A stretch of 40,925 nucleotides of DNA from NCBI GenBank assembly GCA_032718475.1, contig JAUCBJ010004983.1, positions 1 through 40,925 of the forward strand, read 5' to 3'. The number at the start of each line of letters is the position of its first letter. Positions within the stretch are counted from its first letter, which is position 1. Of this stretch, positions 8,396 through 21,100 are shown piece after piece. Source of the stretch: Nemertoderma westbladi (Eukaryota > Animalia > Xenacoelomorpha). The notes below the pieces were generated by a model. It did not search any database, was not told the origin of the DNA, and saw only the letters and a program-made list of their open reading frames with translations. Both the position numbers and the translations under genes were made by a program.

Positions 8396-9025
8396 CTAAA
8401 TCCAAATCTTCATTTCAACTCGATAAGCCGGATACCTTCTAGTAAAAGGATGCCAAAAAGGTCCTTTCCAATACTCCCCATATTCTCCGTTCAAGTTACT
8501 GTTTGCGCACCAATTGTACCACCACCCTGCAGTATGATCTACGGCGCAGTTGCCGGAGTCCATCCCGTCATTATCGCGATCCTTGGTAGTGAATGGATAC
8601 CCGTTGTGATACTCCAATGCATCACCAGCAGTACCATGGTAACCGGATACATGTAGGGTGTAATTAGTTGCAGCTGAACCGATAGAGAAGTTGTTGTATT
8701 CCGCGTATTTGTGTTCGTTGTTGTAATCCACCCACTGCTCGGTTTTATCATCCCACCCCTCTCCAGTGAACCACAAATCGACTCTCAACTTCACCCCGCC
8801 TTCACTCCGCTTGTGAATCGTCTCCAACCCCAACCAAAAATTGGTATTCGGGTCGCCAAATCCTTCAACATATTCATCCCAGTCTCGATAGAAGTCAACA
8901 GATCCATCAACTCTTTGTTGAATCTTCTCCCAGCCCTGAACATGATCCGGATTGCCTTTTCTTTTGTTTAACATATTTTGGCCGGTTTGGGCGGCAGCCA
9001 GAGCTACTTCTTCTTGGTCATTATC
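8396..9025 (-). CDS. Terminal exon encoding a fibrinogen-related domain (FReD; ficolin/tenascin/angiopoietin-like), 209 aa plus stop
   Basis: Acceptor tattgttttAG|GAT at 9026/9025 is in frame and adds DNDQEEVALAAAQTGQN before the listed ORF. Motifs: GW..IQQRVDGSVDFYRDW..Y..GFG, FWLGLE.IH, LRVDL, YAEY..F, GTAGDAL, FTTKDRDND, NCA, GWWY..C..SNLNG.Y, VEMKI. Confidence 0.95.
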   Translation of the reverse strand, partial: DNDQEEVALAAAQTGQNMLNKRKGNPDHVQGWEKIQQRVDGSVDFYRDWDEYVEGFGDPNTNFWLGLETIHKRSEGGVKLRVDLWFTGEGWDDKTEQWVDYNNEHKYAEYNNFSIGSAATNYTLHVSGYHGTAGDALEYHNGYPFTTKDRDNDGMDSGNCAVDHTAGWWYNWCANSNLNGEYGEYWKGPFWHPFTRRYPAYRVEMKIWI

Positions 9026-9133
9026 CTAAAACAATAATTATTGCGTAACAATCGATTATTTATCTATTTATTATAAAATATTTTAGTTTTCATCTCTGGA
9101 ATATTAGATAAAAATACGAAGCAATTTTCCATA

Positions 9134-12100
9134 GGTAGGCTTACTCACACATTTATTTAACAAGGCTGGTAGGCTTACTCACACATTTATTTTACAAAGG
9201 CTGGTAGACTTACTCAAACATTTATTTAACAAGGCTGGTAGGCTTACTCAAACATTTATTTAACAAAGGCTGGTAGGCTTACTCACACATTTATTTAACA
9301 AGGCTGGTAGGCTTACTCACACATTTATTTAACAAGGCTGGTAGGCTTACTCACACATTTATTTAACAGAGGCTGGTAGGCTTACTCACACATTTATTTA
9401 ACAAAGGCTGTTAGGCTTACTCACATATTTATTTAACAGAGGCTGGTAGGCTTACTCACACATTTATTTAACAAGGCTGGTAGGCTTACTCACACATTTA
9501 TTTAACAAGGCTGGTAGGCTTACTCACATATTTATTTAACAAGGCTGGTAGGCTTACTCACACATTTATTTAATAAGGCTGGTAGGCTTACTCACACATT
9601 TATTTAACAAAGGATGGTAGGCTTACTCGCACATTTATTTAACAAGGATGGTAGGCTTACTCACACATTTATTTAACAAAGGATGGTAGGCTTACTCACA
9701 CATTTAATTAACAGAGGCTGGTAGGCTTACTCACACATTTATTTTACAAAGGCTGGTAGGCTTACTCACACATTTATTTTACAAAGGCTGGTAGGCTCAC
9801 TCACACATTTATTTAATAAGGCTGGTAGGCTTACTCAAACATTTATTTAATAAGGCTGGTAGGCTTACTCACACATTTATTTTACAAAGGCTGGTAGACT
9901 TACTCAAACATTTATTTAACAAAGGCTGGTAGGCTTACTCACACATTTATTTAACAAGGCTGGTAGGCTTACTCACACATTTATTTAATAAGGCTGGTAG
10001 GCTTACTCACACATTTATTTCACAAAGGCTGGTAGACTTACTCAAACATTTATTTAACAAAGGCTGGTAGGCTTACTCACACATTTTTTTAACAAGGCTG
10101 GTAGGCTTACTCACACATTTATTTAACAAAGGCTGGTAGGCTTACTCACACATTTATTTAACAAGGCTGGTAGGCTTACTCACACATTTATTTAACAGAG
10201 GCTGGTAGGCTTACTCACACATTTATTTAACAAGGCTGGTAGGCTTACTCACACATTTATTTAACAATAGCTGGTAGGCTTACTCACACATTTATTTAAC
10301 AAGGCTGGTAGGCTTACTCACATATTTATTTAACAAGGCTGGTAGGCTTACTCACACATTTATTTAATAAGGCTGGTAGGCTTACTCACACATTTATTTT
10401 ACAAAGGCTGGTAGACTTACTCAAACATTTAGTTAACAAAGGCTGGTAGGCTTACTCACACATTTATTTAAAAAGGCTGGTAGGCTTACTCACACATTTA
10501 TTTAACAAGGCTGGTAGGCTTACTCACACATTTATTTAATAAGGCTGGTAGGCATACTCACACATTTATTTAACAAAGGCTGGTAGGCTTACTCACACAT
10601 CTATTTAACAAAGGCTGGTAGGCTTACTCACACATTTATTTAACAAGGCTGGTAGGCATACTCACACATTTATTTAACAGAGGCTGGTAGGCTTACTCAC
10701 ACATTTATTTTACAAAGGCTGATAGACTTACTCACACATTTATTTAACAAGGCTGGTCGGCTTACTCACACATTTATTTAACAAAAGCTGGTAGGCTTAC
10801 TCACACATTTATTTAATAAGGCTGGTAGGCTTACTCACACATTTATTTAACAGAGCCTGGTAGGCTTACTCACACATTTATTTTACAAAGGCTGGTAGGC
10901 TTACTCACACATTTATTTAACAAAGGCTGGTAGGCTTACTCACACATTTATTTAACAAAGGCTGGTAGGCTTACTCACACATTTATTTAACAAAGGCTGG
11001 TAGGCTTACTCACACATTTATTTAACAAGGCTGGTAGGCTTACTCACACATTTATTTAACAGAGGCTGGTAGGCTTACTCCCACATTTATTTAACAAGGC
11101 TGGTAGGCTTACTCACACATTTATTTAACAGAGACTGGTAGGCTTACTCACACATTTATTTAACAAGGCTGGTAGGCTTACTCACACATTTATTTAACAG
11201 AGGCTGGTAGGCTTACTCACACATTTATTTAACAAAGGCTGGTAGGCTTACTCACACATTTATTTAACAAAGGCTGGTAGGCTTACTCAGACATTTATTT
11301 AACAAAGGCATGTAGGCATACTCACACATATATTTAACAGAGGCTGGTAGGCTTACTCACACATTTATTTTACAAAAGCTGGTAGACTTACTCACACATT
11401 TATTTAACAAGGCTGGTAGGCTTACTCACACATTTATTTAACAAAGGCTGGTAGGCTTACTCACACATTTATTTAATAAGGTTGGTAGGCTTACTCACAC
11501 ATTTATTTTACAAAGGCTGGTAGACTTACTCACACATTTATTTAACAAGGCTGGTAGGCTTACTCACACATTTATTTAACAGAGGCTGGTAGGCTTACTC
11601 ACACATTTATTTTACAAAGGCTGGTAGGCTTACTCACACATTTATTTAACAAAGGCTGGTAGGCTTACTCACACTTTTATATAACAAGGCTGGTAGGCTT
11701 ACTCACACATTTATTTAACAAAGGCTGGTAGGCTTACTCACACATTTATTTAACAAAGGCTGGTAGGCTTACTCACACATTTATTTAACAAGGCTGGTAG
11801 GCTTACTCACACATTTATTTAACAGAGGCTGGTAGGCTTACTCACACATTTATTTTACAAAGGCTGGTAGACTTACTCACACATTTATTTAACACGGCTG
11901 GTAGGCTTACTCACACATTTATTTAACAAAGGCTGGTAGGCTTACTCACACATTTATTTAACAAAGGCTGGTAGGCTTACTCACACATTTATTTAACAAA
12001 GGCTGGTAGGCTTACTCACACATTTATTTAACAAAGGATGGTAGGCTTACTTGCACATTTATTTAACAAGGTTGGTAGGCTTACTCACACATTTATTTAA

Positions 12101-15100
12101 CAAAGGATGGTAGGCTTACTCACACATTTAATTAACAGAGGCTGGTAGGCTTACTCACACATTTATTTTACAAAGACTGGTAGGCTTACTCACACATTTA
12201 TTTTACAAAGGCTGGTAGGCTCACTCACACATTTATTTAACAAAGGCTGGTAGGCTTACTCACACATTTATTTAACAAGGCTGGTAAGGCTTACTCACAC
12301 ATTTATTTAATAAGGCTGGTAGGCTTACTCACACATCTATTTAACAAAGGCTGGTAGGCTTACTCACACATTTATTTAACAAAGGCTGGTAGGCTTACTC
12401 ACACATCTATTTAACAAAGACTGGTAGGCTTACTCACACATTTATTTAACAAAGGCTGGTAGGCTTACTCACACATTTATTTAACAAAGGCTGGTAGGCT
12501 TACTCACACATTTATTTAACAAAGGCCGGTAGGCTTACTCACACATTTATTTAACAAGGCTGGTAAGCTTACTCACACATTTATTTAACAGAGGCTGGTA
12601 GGCTTACTTACACATTTATTTAACAAAGGATGGTAGGCTTACTCACACATTTATTTAACAAAGGCTGGTAGGCTTACTCACACATTTATTTAACAAAGGC
12701 TGGTAGGCTTACTCACACATTTATTTAACAGAGGCTGGTAGGCTTACTCACACATTGATTTTACAAACGCTGATAGACTTACTCACACATTTATTTAACA
12801 AGGCTGGTAGGCTTACTCACACATTTATTTAACAATGGATGGTAGGCTTACTCACACATTTATTTAATAAGGTTGGTAGGCTTACTCACACATTTATTTT
12901 ACAAAGGCTGGTATACTTACTCACACATTTATTTAACAAGGCTGGTAGGCTTACTCACACATTTATTTAACAGAGGCTGGTAGGCTTACTCACCCATTTA
13001 TTTTACAAAGGCTGGTAGGCTTACTCACACATTTATTTAACAAAGGCTGGTAGGCTTACTCACACATTTATTTAACAAGGCTGGTAGGTTTACTCACACA
13101 TTTATTTAACAGAGGCTGGTAGGCTTACTCACATATTTATTTTACAAAGGCTGGTAGGCTTACTCACACATTTATTTAACAAAGGCTGGTAGGCTTACTC
13201 ACACATTTATTTAACAATGTCTGGTAGTCTTACTCACACATTTATTTAACAATGGCTGGTAGGCTTACTCACACATTTATTTAACAAGGCTGGTAGGCTT
13301 ACTCACACATTTATTTAACAGAGGCTGGTAGGCTTACTCACACATTTATTTTATAAAGGGTGGAAGACTTACTCACACATTTATTTAACACGGCTGGTAG
13401 GCTTACTCACACATTTATTTAACAAAGGCTGGTAGGCTTACTCACACATTTAATTAACAAAGGCTGGTAGGCTTACTCACACATTTATTTAACAAAGGCT
13501 GGTAGGCTTACTCACACATTTATTTAACAAAGGCTGGTAGGCTTACTCACACATTTATTTAACAAAGGATGGTAGGCTTACTCACACATTTATTTAACAA
13601 GGTTGGTAGGCTTACTCACACATTTATTTAACAAAGGATGGTAGGCTTACTCAAACATTTATTTAACAAAGGATGGTAGGCTTACTCACACATTTATTTT
13701 ACAAAGGCTGGTAGACTTACTCACACATTTATTTAACAAGGCCGGTAGGCTTACTCATACATTTATTTAACAAAGGCTGGTAGGCTTACTCACACATTTA
13801 TTTAACAAAGGCTGGTAGGCTTACTCACACATTTATTTAACAAAGGCTCGTAGGCTTACTCACACATTTATTTAACAAAGGCTGGTAGGCTTACTCACAC
13901 ATTTATTTAACAAAGGATGGTAGGCTTACTCACACATTTATTTAACAAGGTTGGTAGGCTTACTCACACATTTATTTAACAAAGGCTCGTAGGCTTACTC
14001 ACACATTTATTTAACAAAAGATGGTAGGCTTACTCAAACATTTATTTAACAAAGGATGGTAGGCTTACTCACACATTTATTTAACAAGGTTGGTAGGCTT
14101 ACTCACACATTTATTTAACAAAAGATGGTAGGCTTACTCAAACATTTATTTAACAAAGGATGGTAGGCTTACTCACACATTTATTTAACAAGGTTGGTAG
14201 GCTTACTCACACATTTATTTAACAAGGCTGGTAGGCTTACTCACACATTTAATTAACAAGGTTGGTAGGCTTGCTCACACATTTATTTAACAAGGCTGGT
14301 AGGCTTACTCACACATTTATTTAACAAAGGCTGGTAGGCTTACTCACACATTTATTTAATAAGGCTGGTAGGCTTACTCACACATTTATTTAACAAAGGC
14401 TGGATGGCTTACTCACACATTTATTTAACAAAGGATGGTAGGCTTACTCACACATTTATTTAACAAGGTTGGTAGGCTTACTCACACATTTATTTAACAA
14501 AAGATGGTAGGCTTACTCAAACATTTATTTAACAAAGGATGGTAGGCTTACTCACACATTTATTTAACAAGGTTGGTAGGCTTACTCACACATTTATTTA
14601 ACAAAAGATGGTAGGCTTACTCAAACATTTATTTAACAAAGGATGGTAGGCTTACTCACACATTTATTTAACAAGGTTGGTAGGCTTACTCACACATTTA
14701 TTTAACAAGGCTGGTAGGCTTACTCACACATTTAATTAACAAGGTTGGTAGGCTTGCTCACACATTTATTTAACAAGGCTGGTAGGCTTACTCACACATT
14801 TATTTAACAAAGGCTGGTAGGCTTACTCACACATTTATTTAATAAGGCTGGTAGGCTTACTCACACATTTATTTAACAAAGGCTGGATGGCTTACTCACA
14901 CATTTATTTAACAAAGGATGGTAGGCTTACTCACACATTTATTTAACAAGGTTGGTAGGCTTACTCACACATTTATTTAACAAAGGATGGTAGGCTTACT
15001 CAAACATTTATTTAACAAAGGATGGTAGGCTTACTCACACATTTATTTAACAGAGGCTGGTAGGCTTACTCACACATTTATTTAACAAGGCTGGTAGGCT

Positions 15101-18100
15101 TACTCACACATTTATTTAACAGAGGCTGGTAGGCTTACTCACACATTTATTTAACAAGGCTGGTAGGCTTACTCACACATTTATTTAACAGAGGCTGGTA
15201 GGCTTACTCACACATTTATTTTACAAAGGCTGGTAGGCTTACTCACACATTTATTTAACAAAGGCTGGTAGGCTTACTCACACATTTATTTAACAAAGGC
15301 TGGTAGGCATACTCACACATTTATTTAACAGAGGCTGGTAGGCTTACTCACACATTTATTTAACAAAGGTTGGTAGGCTTACTCACACATTTATTTAACA
15401 AGGTTGGTAGGCTTACTCACACATTTATTTAACAAAGGATGGTAGGCTTACTCAAACATTTATTTAACAAAGGATGGTAGGCTTACTCACACATTTATTT
15501 AACAAGGTTGGTAGGCTTACTCACACATTTATTTAACAAAGGCTGGTAGGCTTACTCACACATTTATTTAACAAAGGCTGGTAGGCTTACTCACACATTT
15601 ATTTAACAATGGATGGTAGGCTTACTCACACATTTATTTAATAAGTTTGGTAGGCTTACTCACACATTTATTTTACAAAGGCTGGTATACTTACTCACAC
15701 ATTTATTTAACAAGGCTGGTAGGCTTACTCACACATTTATTTAACAAGGTTGGTAGGCTTACTCACACATTTATTTAACAAAGGATGGTAGGCTTACTCA
15801 AACATTTATTTAACAAAGGATGGTAGGCTTACTCACACATTTATTTAACAAGGTTGGTAGGCTTACTCACACATTTATTTAACAAAGGCTGGTAGGCTTA
15901 CTCACACATTTATTTAACAAAGGCTGGTAGGCTTACTCACACATTTATTTAACAATGGATGGTAGGCTTACTCACACATTTATTTAATAAGTTTGGTAGG
16001 CTTACTCACACATTTATTTTACAAAGGCTGGTATACTTACTCACACATTTATTTAACAAGGCTGGTAGGCTTACTCACACATTTATTTAACAGAGGCTGG
16101 TAGGCTTACTCACACATTTATTTTACAAAGGCTGGTAGGCTTACTCACACATTTATTTAACAAAGGCTGGTAGGCTTACTCACACATTTATTTAACAAGG
16201 CTGGTAGGTTTACTCACACATTTATTTAACAGAGGCTGGTGGGCTTACTCACATATTTATTTAACAAAGGCTGGTAGGCTTACTCACACATTTATTTAAC
16301 AATGTCTGGTAGGCTTACTCACACATTTATTTAACAATGGCTGGTAGGCTTACTCACACATTTATTTAACAAGGCTGGTAGACTTACTCACACATTTATT
16401 TAACAGAGGCTGGTAGGCTTACTCACACATTTATTTTACAAAGGGTGGAAGACTTACTCACACATTTATTTAACACGGCTGGTAGGCTTACTCACACATT
16501 TATTTAACAAAGGCTGGTAGGCTTACTCACACATTTATTTAACAAAGGCTCGTAGGCTTACTCACACATTTATTTAACAAAGGCTGGTAGGCTTACTCAC
16601 ACATTTATTTAACAAAGGATGGTAGGCTTACTCACACATTTATTTAACAAGGTTGGTAGGCTTACTCACACATTTATTTAACAAAGGATGGTAGGCTTAC
16701 TCAAACATTTATTTAACAAAGGATGGTAGGCTTACTCACACATTTATTTTACAAAGGCTGGTAGACTTACTCACACATTTATTTAACAAGGCCGGTAGGC
16801 TTACTCATACATTTATTTAAAAAAGGCTGGTAGGCTTACTCACACATTTATTTAACAAAGGCTGGTAGGCTTACTCACACATTTATTTAACAAAGGCTCG
16901 TAGGCTTACTCACACATTTATTTAACAAAGGCTGGTAGGCTTACTCACACATTTATTTAACAAAGGATGGTAGGCTTACTCACACATTTATTTAACAAGG
17001 TTGGTAGGCTTACTCACACATTTATTTAACAAAGGTTGGTAGGCTTACTCAAACATTTATTTAACAAAGGATGGTAGGCTTACTCACACATTTATTTAAC
17101 AAGGTTGGTAGGCTTACTCACACATTTATTTAACAAGGCTGGTAGGCTTACTCACACATTTAATTAACAAGGTTGGTAGGCTTGCTCACACATTTATTTA
17201 ACAAGGCTGGTAGGCTTACTCACACATTTATTTAACAAAGGCTGGTAGGCTTACTCACACATTTATTTAATAAGGCTGGTAGGCTTACTCACACATTTAT
17301 TTAACAAAGGCTGGATGGCTTACTCACACATTTATTTAACAAAGGATGGTAGGCTTACTCACACATTTATTTAACAAGGTTGGTAGGCTTACTCACACAT
17401 TTATTTAACAAAGGATGGTAGGCTTACTCAAACATTTATTTAACAAAGGATGGTAGGCTTACTCACACATTTATTTAACAGAGGCTGGTAGGCTTACTCA
17501 CACATTTATTTAACAAGGCTGGTAGGCTTACTCACACATTTATTTAACAGAGGCTGGTAGGCTTACTCACACATTTATTTAACAAGGCTGGTAGGCTTAC
17601 TCACACATTTATTTAACAGAGGCTGGTAGGCTTACTCACACATTTATTTTACAAAGGCTGGTAGGCTTACTCACACATTTATTTAACAAAGGCTGGTAGG
17701 CTTACTCACACATTTATTTAACAAAGGCTGGTAGGCATACTCACACATTTATTTAACAGAGGCTGGTAGGCTTACTCACACATTTATTTAACAAAGGATG
17801 GTAGGCTTACTCACACATTTATTTAACAAGGTTGGTAGGCTTACTCACACATTTATTTAACAAAGGATGGTAGGCTTACTCAAACATTTATTTAACAAAG
17901 GATGGTAGGCTTACTCACACATTTATTTAACAAGGTTGGTAGGCTTACTCACACATTTATTTAACAAAGGCTGGTAGGCTTACTCACACATTTATTTAAC
18001 AAAGGCTGGTAGGCTTAATCACACATTTATTTAACAATGGATGGTAGGCTTACTCACACATTTATTTAATAAGGTCGGTAGGCTTACTCACACATTTATT

Positions 18101-21100
18101 TTACAAAGGCTGGTATACTTACTCACACATTTATTTAACAAGGCTGGTAGGCTTACTCACACATTTATTTAACAGAGGCTGGTAGGCTTACTTACACATT
18201 TATTTTACAAAGGCTGTTAGGCTTACTCACACATTTATTTAACAAAGGCTGGTAGGCTTACTCACACATTTATTTAACAAGGCTGGTAGGTTTACTCACA
18301 CATTTATTTAACAGAGGCTGGTAGGCTTACTCACATATTTATTTTACAAAGGCTGGTAGGCTTACTCACACATTTATTTAACAAAGGCTGGTAGGCTTAC
18401 TCACACATTTATTTAACAATTTCTGGTAGGCTTACTCACACATTTAATTAACAATGGCTGGTAGGCTTACTCACACATTTATTTAACAAGGCTGGTAGGC
18501 TTACTCACACATTTATTTAACAGAGGCTGGTAGGCTTACTCACACATTTATTTTACAAAGGGTGGAAGACTTACTCACACATTTATTTAACACGGCTGGT
18601 AGGCTTACTCACACATTTATTTAACAAAGGCTGGTAGGCTTACTCACACATTTAATTAACAAAGGCTGGTATGCTTACTCACACATTTATTTAACAAAGG
18701 CTGGTAGGCTTACTCACACATTTATTTAACAAAGGCTGGTAGGCTTACTCACACATTTATTTAACAAAGGATGGCAGGCTTACTCACACATTTATTTAAC
18801 AAGGTTGGTAGGCTTACTCAAACATTTATTTAACAAAGGATGGTAGGCTTACTCACACATTTATTTTACAAAGGCTGGTAGACTTACTGACACATTTATT
18901 TAACAAGGCCGGTAGGCTTACTCACACATTTATTTTACAAAGGCTGGTATACTTACTCACACATTTATTTAACAAGGCTGGTAGGCTTACTCACACATTT
19001 ATTTAACAGAGGCTGGTAGGCTTACTTACACATTTATTTTACAAAGGCTGTTAGGCTTACTCACACATTTATTTAACAAAGGCTGGTAGGCTTACTCACA
19101 CATTTATTTAACAAGGCTGGTAGGTTTACTCACACATTTATTTAACAGAGGCTGGTAGGCTTACTCACATATTTATTTTACAAAGGCTGGTAGGCTTACT
19201 CACACATTTATTTAACAAAGGCTGGTAGGCTTACTCACACATTTATTTAACAATTTCTGGTAGGCTTACTCACACATTTAATTAACAATGGCTGGTAGGC
19301 TTACTCACACATTTATTTAACAAGGCTGGTAGGCTTACTCACACATTTATTTAACAGAGGCTGGTAGGCTTACTCACACATTTATTTTACAAAGGGTGGA
19401 AGACTTACTCACACATTTATTTAACACGGCTGGTAGGCTTACTCACACATTTATTTAACAAAGGCTGGTAGGCTTACTCACACATTTAATTAACAAAGGC
19501 TGGTATGCTTACTCACACATTTATTTAACAAAGGCTGGTAGGCTTACTCACACATTTATTTAACAAAGGCTGGTAGGCTTACTCACACATTTATTTAACA
19601 AAGGATGGCAGGCTTACTCACACATTTATTTAACAAGGTTGGTAGGCTTACTCAAACATTTATTTAACAAAGGATGGTAGGCTTACTCACACATTTATTT
19701 TACAAAGGCTGGTAGACTTACTGACACATTTATTTAACAAGGCCGGTAGGCTTACTCACACATTTATTTAACAAAGGCTGGTAGGCTTACTCACACATTT
19801 ATTTAACAAAGGCTGGTAGGCTTACTCACACATTTATTTAACAAAGGGTCGTAGGCTTACTCACACATTTATTTAACAAAGGCTGGTAGGCTTACTCACA
19901 CATTTAATTAACAAAGGCTGGTATGCTTACTCACACATTTATTTAACAAAGGCTGGTAGGCTTACTCACACATTTATTTAACAAAGGCTGGTAGGCTTAC
20001 TCACACATTTATTTAACAAAGGATGGCAGGCTTACTCACACATTTATTTAACAAAGGATGGTAGGCTTACTCAAACATTTATTTAACAAAGGATGGTAGG
20101 CTTACTCACACATTTATTTTACAAAGGCTGGTAGACTTACTGACACATTTATTTAACAAGGCCGGTAGGCTTACTCACACATTTATTTAACAAAGGCTGG
20201 TAGGCTTACTCACACATTTATTTAGCAAAGGCTGGTAGGCTTACTCACACATTTATTTAACAAAGGGTCGTAGGCTTACTCACACATTTATTTAACAAAG
20301 GCTGGTAGGCTTACTCACACATTTATTTAACAAAGGATGGTAGGCTTACTCACACATTTATTTAACAAGGTTGGTAGGCTTACTCACACATTTATTTAAC
20401 AAAGGATGGTAGGCTTACTCAAACATTTATTTAACAAAGGATGGTAGGCTTACTCACACATTTATTTAACAAGGTTGGTAGGCTTACTCACACATTTATT
20501 TAACAAGGCTGGTAGGCTTACTCACACATTTAATTAACAAGGTTGGTAGGCTTGCTCGCACATTTATTTAACAAGGCTGGTAGGCTTACTCACACATTTA
20601 TTTAACAAAGGCTGGTAGGCTTACTCACACATTTATTTAATAAGGCTGGTAGGCTTACTCACACATTTATTTAACAAAGGCTGGTAGGCTTACTCACACA
20701 TTTATTTAACAAAGGCTGGTAGGCATACTCACACATTTATTTAACAGAGGCTGGTAGGCTTACTCACACATTTATTTAACAAAGGATGGTAGGCTTACTC
20801 ACACATTTATTTAACAAGGTTGGTAGGCTTACTCACACATTTATTTAACAAAGGATGGTAGGCTTACTCAAACATTTATTTAACAAAGGATGGTAGGCTT
20901 ACTCACACATTTATTTAACAAGGTTGGTAGGCTTACTCACACATTTATTTAACAAAGGCTGGTAGGCTTACTAACACATTTATTTAACAAAGGCTGGTAG
21001 GCTTACTCACACATTTATTTAACAATGGATGGTAGGCTTACTCACACATTTATTTAATAAGGTTGGTAGGCTTACTCACACATTTATTTTACAAAGGCTG

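Noticed and set aside
8450-8971. ORFs 8450..8656, 8539..8751 and 8711..8971
   Set aside because: Antisense or alternative frames of the FReD exon.
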